Origin: Paecilomyces variotii
Lineage: Eukaryota
Assembly (NCBI GenBank): GCA_004022145.1
Contig: RCNU01000003.1
Direction: 5' to 3' (one strand)
DNA length: 64,000 nt
Numbering within the stretch: position 1 is the first letter of the stretch; each line of letters starts with the position of its first letter. This document shows, one piece after another, positions 13,701 through 24,391 of the stretch. The translations under genes and the position numbers were made by a program. The notes beneath the pieces are model-generated. The model was not told the origin of the DNA, made no database searches, and saw only the letters and a list, made by a program, of their open reading frames with translations.

Positions 13701-15140
13701 TTACTCGTCGGCAGCCTCGCTCTTGCGCTTCTTCTTGCCCCGCTTGTTGTCAGCGGCTCCGCCGATGGATTTGCGGCCAGTAGGCGTCTCCTTGGGCGTC
13801 TCCTTCTCTTCCTTTTTCTGAGCAGCAATGGCAGCGCCTCTCTTGGGCTTCTTCTCGGGAGAAGCCTTTTTGCTGACGGGAGAAGCGACGGGCTTGATGT
13901 TCTCACCCGTGCGGCGGCGCTTACCACTACGGGGAGGAGTGGGTTCCTTCACGGGCTCTGGGGAGGACTCCTCCTCCTCGTCTTCGTCTTCTTCTTCCTC
14001 TTCTTCCTGCTCGGACTCCTCGGACTCTTCAACAGAAGGTTCAGCACCAGCGGCAACATCCTGCTGGAGCTGGTTGGCAGCCTTGGCACTGTCATCTTCA
14101 GGGACAGGGAGGCCGGCCTTGTAGGCCTTCATCTTCTCCTTGTAGACAGCCAGGTTGTCGGCATACAGCTTCTTCCAGACCTGAGAACAGAACGTTAATA
14201 TCAAGACAAATCAAGGTGGTGGCTAGAGCAAGCATCACATACCTCCTTCTGTGCATCGGGCATTTCGGACCAACGGCGAGTGCCTTCGTCAGCGACTTCC
14301 TTGGGCCGGGCATTGCTGCCCAGTTCCGAAGCAATCTGGGCGCGGTTGTGCTGCATGTAGAGAAAGTACGGAGTCAAAGCACGCTTGGGAGCGTTGGGGT
14401 CATGAGGAGCACGCTTGCGCTTCTTCTTCTCGCCGACCTCTGACTTGGCGCCAGGGCTGGCGTGACGGCCACCACCTAGGAGGCCATTCTCCAGCAGGCT
14501 GCTGGTGATTCCCCCGGTGATGCCGCCAATGTCAAGATTGGAAGGGCCACGGTTCAGGACCGTGTTGGCATGGTTGATGTAAGCGCGCGACAGGTCCGAG
14601 ACAGCGGACTGCAGCGTCGCGAGACTCACGATGACCTGTGACTGCGTTAGACGGATGTGCTCTTCGGTATGCGAGCCAGCCAGGGAGCGGATGGCCAAGG
14701 TAACGGCGCTGGTCAGCTCGGTGGTGTGGTTGAGGGAGGAGAGGAAGTCATGCGCAGAGAGCTCGACGCGTCTGGGGGACGCGGCGCGGCTCATGTTGAC
14801 AACACCGGGTGGCTACCAGGGAACAGAATGGAGAGAGCTAAGGGTAGGTAGAAGCAAGATACAGATTTTGCGGGAAACGCGCAGTCCTCAATTTGAGGAG
14901 ATCGCAATTATGCCTGCCTGTGGTTGGAGCTTCTGTTCTTGTTCTGTTGGGGGGAGAGGGTTGTTGTGGAAGGGTGCTGCAGAGCAGAACACAGGTGCTT
15001 GGGTGACAGAGGGGAAAAACGAAAAAAGACGGGACAGGAAAAGTAGGCTTAGAACTTACGCTGTCGCGAGTGCGGGTGAAATCATCGATATTGACAGTCA
15101 CAATGGCGTCCTTCGCCTTGGAATCCTCCTTGCGCGACAT
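13701..15140 (-). CDS. HMG-box chromatin protein (Hmo1-like), 3 exons
   Basis: MSRKEDSKAKDAIVTVNIDDFTRTRDS / intron 14636-15059 / VIVSLATLQ...KKKRKRAPHDPNAPKRALTPYFLYMQHNR...WSEMPDAQKE / VWKKLYADNLAVYKEKMKAY, followed by acidic and basic tails. Confidence 0.88.
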
Positions 15141-16299
15141 GGTTGATGGAAAAGCGTGGTCAGATACGCCAGGAATGTCGCGGAGAGCCGGACGGGAGAG
15201 GAATGGGGGATGGATGGGTTTCTGGTTAAAGAAGAGAAAGGGTGCGAGAGCCGTGGCTGAGCTGGGAGGGGAACGAGGGAAGAGAGAAAGGGAAGAGGAA
15301 GGGGGGGAAGAGAAGATTTTTCGCTTGGGGGGGGGGGAAAGCCGCTAAATAGTTAAAGCGACGGGGTGGTTCTCCTCCGCCCAGGCTGCCTGTGGTGTTC
15401 GCTGCTTTAGGCCTAGAATGGCGTGCCGTGACTTCCCGCGCGTCCTGCTGGCGGCCCCCTGGGGAGAGTGAATAATAGAGAAATCACTAGTTAGTTAATC
15501 ATTATTATTAACTAAACCAAGGACAATGTTGGCTGGCCTGGCGCTCCTTATTGGGCCGCTGGGGGTGCCCCTAGTACTGCAGGTCCTGCACGCCGCCCCA
15601 GCCAGTGGCCCTCCCAACGCCCGGAGAGCCTGCCAGCTCCGGGGCGACCGTGGGCATGCTGGCGGTGCTGCCCTCGCCCAGCATGCCCACGGCCCTAGCG
15701 TCTCCCGTAGGCGCTAATGAGCCCCAGGGCTCATCCAGCTAATTAACGAGCAACCTTGCGAATGCTGCATTGCCTGCTCCAGCGGCAGATCAGAAGCGCA
15801 CAACCCGTTCCCCCGCTGGCCACCTGGATCGTCCGGGGAGCAGCCGCTATTTGGATGATTACCACGACGGCACCCTTCTAACAAGGTTATTTGCGCAAAG
15901 CACAGTGTACGTTGTCGGTGCTCTCAAGCCTGTCTGCCCCAAGACGTCTCTTTCTGCTTGACACTCTACCATCGACCATTAACTAACTCGTTAACTATAC
16001 CTAGCTGTATCGTTTGCGATGGACCCGACAGCGAGATGATCGGTTCACTTTCGAGGCGGGCGACACCTCACTAGAAGCTCTACCCTGACCCCAGTGATCT
16101 CTCAACGAGCGGGCAGAATCGTCAAGCGAGCCACCTGCTAGTTAGTTATCAGTCCTCCGCCACTTCGCCCACTCCCACACCCTACGTCTGATTACCGCCC
16201 AACCACCACAAGATCAGACTTTCTCTCTGCTTTGGAGGATAGTCTCAGGTCTGTTCTCAAGTCTCAAGAAATATTACCTCCGTCCTATATCGGTGTGGA

Positions 16300-18600
16300 C
16301 GAAGATCAGAGTTGGCGCAAAGCGACTATGGCGACGCGCACCCCAACAATGGTGGGGTATCGCCCAGCTAGCACCTCGATTAGTTAATGAATTAACCAAC
16401 TACTGTAGGTACCTCTCGGGCAGTGCACGCCCCGCTCCGTCTGAACTCGCCTCGCTCTCCCGGCTGACCTGCTGGCCCCCGGAAGTGCGAGATACTTGCA
16501 ATCTGCTTATCTTCTCAATTTCGTATACCCACGAGCCAGCATCACTGATCCTGATTGCGCAATTCCTGATCCGCATATATCTAATTAGGTTGACTCTGTA
16601 CAAAATTAACTACTTTGATTGCAGGGTCTTGAATCGGATTCAACTTCTAGGACAGCTATGTTTACTGTAAGCTGCCCGCAACGTAAGCTCCGGGCCTGGA
16701 TGCTGCTCGATCATCTCTAGCGAATTCGATCTCCCGACTACAATACCCATACAGCGGAACCCGGCTCTCTAACTGATCCTAGAGAGCTGTCGTAGAGCGA
16801 GCTCTGAGTGCAAGTGCTAGATCAGCACGACGGCCATAGTTATGCGATCTGATCCGAGCAATCCAAGTACGTACAGTACTTACCAGTTCTGCCACAATGC
16901 GCGTCTGACAGATTTACCCCGCTCTGGAAGTAAACGACATCAGCCAGCTGATTTTAGCTAGATAGAACTGTCGCTGGAGGCATATGCACTGTTCTACGGG
17001 ACTCTCGACGAGTTTGCGCTTAGATATGCTACAACTATGTACAATCATCTGATCTATAGTTTAGGCTCAAGCGTTCTGGTGAAGCTCGTTCCCGCGGCCC
17101 GTGGTACAGTGCCTCCCGCAGAGCTTACCTAGATAACGGCGAGGAATTAACTAATTCGGATACCCAATTTTAAGCACGCCCTCTCTATATATAGCAGTAA
17201 CTCAACTGTAATAATGTGCCAGTTCTTCTTGAACTGAGGAAGGACCTTACATGTCCCGCAACAGTCAATATTTAGAAATATAATGTGCAACGAACTTGAT
17301 CGTAACTAGCTATATATATATTTACTATCCTGACATGGACTCTCATTAGTAACTATTAGCCACCCACGCGTTATAATCATATATACCTGCAGTAAATAAA
17401 ACTCTTAGGACTACAGCGTAAGGTACAAGAGTTAGGTAGTCTCGTTTTAAGGGTAGGAGATAACTTTGGAAGGTCTAGGAGCGTGTATTATAGTTTAATC
17501 GACTTCCTTGAGGAAGCTGGGAACTACTAGGTACGTAGTTAAGCTTCCGAGAACTAGCTTCTAAGCCGTTCACAGGGTATAAGAGTATTAATTACCTGGT
17601 AGTGAGTCGATCTAGTTTCGCGCAAGAAACGATTCCGAAATATATAAACTTCTCTCGTGCCCTGGATTTTTATCTCGTTGTCTCCTCATCGTGTCGGCGC
17701 ACAAAGCGAACGCTAGGTAATCAGTCTATTATCCGTTCGCAGCAGGTTCTTTGAATCCTAAATACAGAATGGAACCTACTAGATCGCTAGAATCTAGAAT
17801 TCTTTGTATGCTGTAGGAGATAAATATGGGTTCAACTGCCCCCTCACCCCCTAGAGCTAGATTTAAGCAAGCAGTCCCAGGTGGTTCAACTCATGACTAT
17901 GCTTCCGTGCTATTTGATATCTGTGGAAATCTAGGACCACGGAAGCAAAGGTTCTAAAGGAGCATTTGATACGGGAATAAAATCTTGATTGCTTCGAGAA
18001 TTAAAGGTGACCGAAATCTATCAGCTATTCTATCCTGACATTACAGCTGCCTGGAGCTGAAATGAACGCTGTCTCAACCGTTCCATGGCTCCAGCTCCGT
18101 TGCTTTGATCCTACACCAGTACAGGTGGATCTAGATAGCTTCCGTTGCAGCTGCTACCCGGTCTGTATGGAGTAGAAGCAGCGGATTGCAGCAGGTTTGC
18201 AGCTCGTCTCCACAGAAGTCGTGAGCGCTGACAATATTCTACAAGTCCAAGGTCTGCCACGAACTCTAAGCTTTTTATATAGTTCCGAACTCTCGTCGTC
18301 TCTATAGGCGACTAGTTATGACAAGTATATAAGATGATGCTTCCACTTTTCTTCCGGATGAAATAAATGACTCGTTTCTTTCTCTCTATTCTTCTAATTA
18401 CAGAAATTGGCTTTTGCTCTTTTTTGGTTGGGCAATCAGATACATGATTAGTGAAATTTTTCTTGGTCAATATAGTTTAGCTATATACATTTCCGTCCTG
18501 CTCTGGGTTGTACCGTAGATACCTAGGTAGATTAATCGTTAGTTTCGTCCGATACCTTGTAGTACACCGTCAATCGAGTAGTTACGTAACATTTCTGAAC
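16300..18600. other. RIP-like degenerate intergenic tract (possible decayed repeat or transposon relic)
   Basis: No ORF of 60 aa or more between 16670 and 18607. An approximate hand count over 17401-17640 gave TpA ~28 vs ApT ~9, and CpA+TpG ~11 vs ApC+GpT ~34. No TE domain is recognisable. Confidence 0.5.
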
Positions 18601-19485
18601 ATACATCTACAGAGAAATGAGAGACAAGTAGGCCGCAATAGCCTGGATGTCAAGATGTAAACGTTTTGATACATACCTGTAGAATCCAATCCCATCTATA
18701 TTCATGACTGAACGGATCCTGCGGGAGCGCCTCGCTTTCGGGAGCTTAAGTAAAGTAAATTTAGTCAGTGCTTTCGGGAACTCTAACTTACTACTACCTA
18801 CATTATCACTTCGGCTCTTTTTTCTTTTCTTCACATAATCATCACGACCAGTCGATTAAAATCGCCGACTACATACATACTGTCTTCCCGCGACAGCCCT
18901 TGCTCTCTTATTCGGTAATTCTTACACGCCTAAGCGCTTTATCATTCTGACGTCCTCTGCTCCTACATTCCCGTAATTTCCGCAACCGTACAACTTCGCA
19001 AAAACAACCTCCAACTCCAACTACGAGGTTTCGTATACCGAGAGACTTACCACAATTAATTGGCAGATATCAATCTTCGAGGATGAAAATTCCTGGTTTC
19101 CCTTCCATTGATTGCTGCTCGCCAAAGTTTTCTCTCTTCCACACGCGCACTGTCTGTTAGCAGATAATAGGAAATATGGAAGATGATCCTGGAACGAAGG
19201 GAAGGGGAGAGGGGGAAAGGGAAACGGTGTCGTTGAGTTTTGTTTTGTTGTTTTACTCGTGATATTACTCTTATAACTAATCTAACAATGGTATTTAATA
19301 GCTCTTCTTTCCCCCCCCCCTCTGCTGGATGGATTTCTTGAGAGCAGAGTGTCGAGTTTTGTTTCTCTCTACTTCATCTATTCCAAAGACGTTCGTTATA
19401 TAAATCTATATTACATACAAGCTTAATAACTCATATATCAAAATCTCTTTTGATAATACTTTATTACTACGCAATCTCTACAAAA

Positions 19486-20490
19486 ATGAAGTCCTCCATC
19501 TTCGCCTGGCTCCCTCTCAGCTTGGCCCTTCTTCCTTCTGTACTGGCCAGACCCAGCGCCGTATACAAGCGACAACACCACCACCACCACCACCCCCCGA
19601 ATCCCTACTCGGTCGAAATCATCCAGGGCGACGCTCCCCCCGACCTCTTGTGTGAAGGTCTCCTTCTTAATGCAAGCTCCGTCCTCGCTCCTGCCCATTG
19701 TCTCTGGTACGCCGACCCGAAGTGCATCAATGTCCTGATCAACTGGAACGGAGAAATCATTCCTGTCAAGGAGATTGGGTTTGATCCGAGATATGATCCG
19801 AGTACTGGAGAGTTTGATGATGCCACTCTCATCTTAGCCCAGGCGGCTAATTTGGAACTTTTCCCTGAGCCTTCGACTACGCCTTTGTCTTCGACGAGTG
19901 CTGCTGCGACTACTACTTCCAGCTCTATTCCTAGCGCCATTCCCACTACCAGTGCCAGTGCCAGTGCCAGTTTAACTACAAGTGCCAGTGCCAGTTCCAC
20001 TACCAGTGCCAGTGCTAGTTCCACCGCCAGCCCCAGCGCCAGCGTCAGTCTCAGTGTCAGTCTCAGTGCCAGTGCCAGTGTCAGCGCCAGTGTCAGCGCC
20101 AGTGCCAGTGCCAGCGCGAGTGCGAGTGCCAGCGCGAGTGCCAGCTCAAGCGCCAGCTCCAGCAGTGCGAGCGCCAGCTCCAGCAGTGCGAGTGCCAGCT
20201 CCAGCAGCGCCAGTGCCAGCTCCAGCAGTGCGAGCGCCAGCTCCAGCAGTGCCAGCGCCAGCTCCAGCAGTGCCAGTGCCAGCTCCAGCAGCGCGAGTGC
20301 CAGCTCCAGCAGCGCGAGTGCCAGCTCCAGCAGCGCGAGTGCCAGCTCCAGCAGTGCCAGCGCCAGCTCCAGCAGCGCCAGTGCCAGCTCCAGTTCCACT
20401 GCGGCTGCGACTACTGCAGCTGCGACTACTGCAGCTGCTACCGTGACCGTGACTCCTGTCCCGGTTTCTATCTCCGGTGGAGGAATTTAA
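19486..20490 (+). CDS. Secreted Ser/Ala-repeat protein with His6 and an N-terminal trypsin-like half-domain
   Basis: CAAAAATG start, signal peptide MKSSIFAWLPLSLALLPSVLA, KR site, QHHHHHH, LCEGLLLNASSVLAPAHCL (cf. trypsin CGGSLLNxxxVLTAAHC) and YDPSTGEFDDATLIL, then about 200 aa of S/A/T repeats. TATATAAA lies at 19397-19404. Confidence 0.8.
   Translation: MKSSIFAWLPLSLALLPSVLARPSAVYKRQHHHHHHPPNPYSVEIIQGDAPPDLLCEGLLLNASSVLAPAHCLWYADPKCINVLINWNGEIIPVKEIGFDPRYDPSTGEFDDATLILAQAANLELFPEPSTTPLSSTSAAATTTSSSIPSAIPTTSASASASLTTSASASSTTSASASSTASPSASVSLSVSLSASASVSASVSASASASASASASASASSSASSSSASASSSSASASSSSASASSSSASASSSSASASSSSASASSSSASASSSSASASSSSASASSSSASASSSSASASSSSTAAATTAAATTAAATVTVTPVPVSISGGGI
20152..20442 (+). 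repeat. Coding tandem repeats: 11 x 21-bp (ASSSSAS) plus ~3 x 15-bp (AAATT)
   Basis: Unit GCCAGCTCCAGCAGYGCSAGY recurs at 21-bp period from 20152, followed by GCRGCTGCGACTACT units. 6-bp AGTGCC repeats lie upstream. Confidence 0.95.
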
Positions 20491-21071
20491 GCCATTCCCT
20501 CCTCTACCCCATGATCGAAGTAGAACATAAAGCGCTTCGTACAAGTTCCAGACCATCAAAGTGGTCGTGGTCGCTTCGGGAGATCGTGATTGTTATTATG
20601 GGGATGCTATGGATTAGTGATGGATCGGTACTTATGGCTGTGGTTATCAATATTGCGCGTGCTGTTCATTTCCATACCAGGAGCCATACTTAAACAGAAA
20701 AAGGCGAGCAGATTTTTCTTCATTTCTGAGGATGGAAGCGGGCAACTTCGGGGCATCAACTTACTGGATTGTTCGGGATAGCGTTCTCTGGACAGTTTTT
20801 CTGGGAAGGTTACTACTACTAGGTAATAGGGACGATGATTGCCTGGTGGGAATGCTTGGTGTCACCGCAATCTGTCATGTCGACACAACTAATGTTCGCC
20901 TCTCTTACATGTTATGTAATAATCAATTAATGCGCGCTCTACCAATGGACCATAAGCAATACTGAGTTTTCAGGTAACAGTTTACAGCTTCTATTGAAGA
21001 TATGCTAAAAAGCCGTGATTTCTCCAAAATCTAATGAGACATTGTATCTTTGTACGCGGGGCTTCCAGAGC

Positions 21072-22244
21072 TTAGAACTTGTAGACCTGGTCCGCGCTGT
21101 ATCCAAGCTCCTTCAGGGCACCGCTCAGCTCACCCTGGTCCTTCGGGCTGACCTTGGGCCCACTCAGAGCCTTGTACATGGCAGGAGGACCACAGACAAA
21201 GATCTTAATGTTCTCCTCCTTGGGCTCAGGCATGACGGTCTTCAGGAGCTCCTTGGTGATGTAGCCCTTACCGCCGGTCCACTCGGGTGGGGGGTTGTCG
21301 AGGAGGTAGAAGGCCTTGAAGCGCTGGGGGTAGGTGTTCTCCAGCTCTTCCCACTCCTTCTTCAGAAGGATGTCCTGCTCACTGACGTTACCGAACACCA
21401 GGGTGACCTTGGTCTTGTCCTCGGGGTTCTTGAAGATGTGGCGGGCGAGCTGGTACATGGGAGTGATACCAGTGCCACCGGCAAGCAGGACAACGTGGTT
21501 GTGCTTGTTAGCCTCCCAAGGGTACTTGGGAAGGGGACCCTTAAAGTTCAGACGCTGACCAACGTTCATGCTGTGCAGGTGCTCGGACATGGGGCCGTTC
21601 GGATAGCGCTTGACCACGAGCTCGAGGTAACCCGGAATGTCTGTTCAATTGTGAGCGAATGCTCCCGATTATGATTCTTAAGGATCGGCAAATACCTTCA
21701 TCGTTGGTGGGAGTGTAGGGACGCAGGATGGGCTTGGATCCATCCGGCGGCTGGTACTTGGTCAACAAGGCAGCTGGTGATATCTGTGAGCTTCCTGTTC
21801 GATAATTGATGCTGGACTGAACGACTCACAGGTGACAGGAAGGCCAGAGACAGCATCCTTGTCCTCGAACTCGAAGCGGAACTTCTTGGTGTTGGGGCTC
21901 AGCTCCTCAATGGCAGCGAGCTTCAGATCGACGAAGCCCTGGTCCCCGCCCTTGAAGACCTTGTCGCGGGGCTTCTCCTCAGCAGCTGCGCTGCCCGCGT
22001 ATCTGTAGGTACCGACAGCCAGACCAGCCACGCCAACGGCGAGGTAGATCGGGGTCAGGTTCGCCTTGCCCTTGGGGGCTTCGGTCGAGTACTTGCGGAA
22101 GCTCTGCAGCTTGTCAGCAACGCACACTTTGCGGAGGGCGAGCCAGCCATTGTGGGCTGCTCTGCGCTTGGGAGAACTTAAGCGCTTAGGAGAACTTACC
22201 TGCTTCGCAGGCTGGCAGGTCCTGAAGAATTGACGGGCGAACAT
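21072..22244 (-). CDS. mcr1: Mitochondrial NADH-cytochrome b5 reductase, multi-exon
   Basis: Presequence MFARQFFR..., TM segment [47 protein letters not shown], ending VYKF*. Confidence 0.95.
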
Positions 22245-22965
22245 GTTGGATGGACTGTTCAGCGATACCGAGAGTTCAATGGAGGTCTTAAAGAATGGAC
22301 AGGACCGGCAAAGGTGGATGTTTTGAGTTCCCGGGGAGGATTACTCATGACGCAATCTGGTAGGCTGCATGTCGGCTCCACATCCCTTGCGATCCGAAAG
22401 TTGGCAAAGGAATTATTCCGTCTTATAATTATTAATATTGTTGATATTAACTAGTTATATTATTATAATATTCTTATTAAATGATGCTTCAGCAGCAAAT
22501 TGTCCTTGCTGTGTATTACATCATCCCAGAAAACTGGAACTACTATGGAGACTACAGAAACTGATACCTCCATGCCGCAGGTATGTGCCCATCCCGATGT
22601 ATAACAGGGGATTCTCTAGCCTCCTTGCTAAGTTCATACTGCTTGACCAATTTTTCTGCTTGTCTATTGGGAATATCAGGGCAAGGATTTAGGATTTAGG
22701 ATTTACTAGAACGAATTGGGTGGATCACCCTGGCGGAGAGAGCTGCAGCCAGTGCTTGCCGAATAACAAAACCCCGTTTTTTTAAGATGATATTTGAGAG
22801 ATTCGCTGTAGAGGACTAAAGTGACATCGAGACCCTCCCTCCCCATACGCTGGGGGACTAGGCATATATTCTGTCTCTGTCCGGTCTTTGTCCTGCAAAC
22901 ATGCTATGGCCATAACACAGTCATTTAACCACACGTCTCGTTCCCCAAAACCCAAAACCTCACAT

Positions 22966-23971
22966 TTACGCGAAAGTGGATGGGCGAGAGTAGGCGTACA
23001 GCTTCTTTCCGGCAAGCTTGGCGGAGCGGTGGGGCAGAGGGAACTTGAGGTTCTTGGTGAGGAGCTGCTTGATGTAGGGGCGGCGGATGGAGTCGGCCTT
23101 CTCGATCTCAACGACTTTGAGAATCTGCGGGGTTATCAGTATACCAGGTTCAGGAAGAAGAAATAGTCGGTGCAGATGAACGTACGTGGATGGAGCCGAA
23201 ACGGGCACGGTGACGGGCAGCCATGTCCTGGTACAGAGCCTCAACGGCGTCGGTTCTGGACAGCTCACGGAACTCCTTGTACATGTTGTGGGTACCGGAG
23301 CGAGAGTCGTAGCGGATCCAGATACCGAAGTTCTTGACCTTGAGAGGGCGCTTCTCGTGGATCTGCATCGGTTGTCAGCGCTGTCTGGAATCGACCATTG
23401 TGCGCACTATCGGCCACGAAAACCCAGCGCAAGGTTACATACCACGTTGAGGCTGACGATCTCACCGTTGGCCTTCTTGACCTTTCGGAGCTTGGTCAGG
23501 AAGTACCAGAACCGCGACTTAGCGACCACATCGTTGGGCGCGAAGATGCGCATGCGGTACAGCTTGGGGGTCGGGTTAGCCTCGGTGGGCAGGTGACGCC
23601 CGATGACCTGGTACTCGTTGAGACGCCCTAGAACAGAGCGAGTCAGCCTGTGTTTCAACATCTCTCGAGTGCGATTTCAAGGCCTCGACTGGATCGCAAA
23701 GCCTTTGTGTGCTCCGGCGGCTCGTGTCATCGATTATTCGTGCGGTCGAGAATCCAGCGAATTGAACAGCGACGATATCCCATTCTTCCCTCAAATCCAA
23801 CTCTTCCAACTTCGTTCAATAAGTCCCAATCCATTTGTCGTTTACCAAGCCCTCCGCGATTCACCATTTCGACTACTCTCTTTTTCCAGGCACGGCATTC
23901 TCATCTCTGAAGAACCGACGGGCACACAAAAACCAAATGCAGTGTAGGATGGAGGGAAATTACTCACCCAT
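22966..23971 (-). CDS. rpl20: 60S ribosomal protein L20 (eL20), multi-exon
   Basis: 4-nt exon ATGG (23968-23971), then [32 protein letters not shown]..., [30 protein letters not shown]...RPSTFA*. Confidence 0.97.
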
Positions 23972-24391
23972 CTGGAAATCTGTTAGTAAACCGGTAAACG
24001 CTGTACAGTGATCTCAAGAAGCACTTACTTTGATTGAGGATGTGGTGGTTGAGTCTCGAGAGGTGTGCCGTTGACTGTCGCCAAAATTGAAGATTTGTGA
24101 ACTTGTTGTGCTAGGGCTTGAGGCCCTCCGGTTAAGCGAGCGGAGGCTTGTACCCGCGCTAGCCGTTTATGGTGAACTAGCCACAGCCGCCGAGAAGGCC
24201 CCGATAGTCGATAGTCGCGCCTTTCCCCACAACCACATCAAACCACTCGATGTCTTCATCTGTTGGTGCTTCTTCTACCTATTTGATGGGGGTGATCTCT
24301 TCTTGAATAATAGACTCGTCATTCCTTTGAGGAAGCCTATACTGTCGTTTCTATCAGACCACAGCAGCGTAGCAATAAATAGCCACCAATC

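Noticed and set aside
19605-20399. Antisense 264-aa ORF with ELALALL heptads, plus alternative-frame Pro/Ala and Gly/Ala ORFs
   Set aside because: These are stop-free shadows of the Ser/Ala tandem repeat. The + frame has the signal peptide, start context and TATA box.
9545-20490. Functional cluster linking nickel urease with the His6 protein
   Set aside because: The His6 protein is secreted, about 7 kb away and separated by an HMG gene. No UreD/F/G or nickel permease gene is in the window.
22685-22705. (GGATTTA)3 telomere-like repeat
   Set aside because: Only three units and not TTAGGG; probably a simple slippage repeat.
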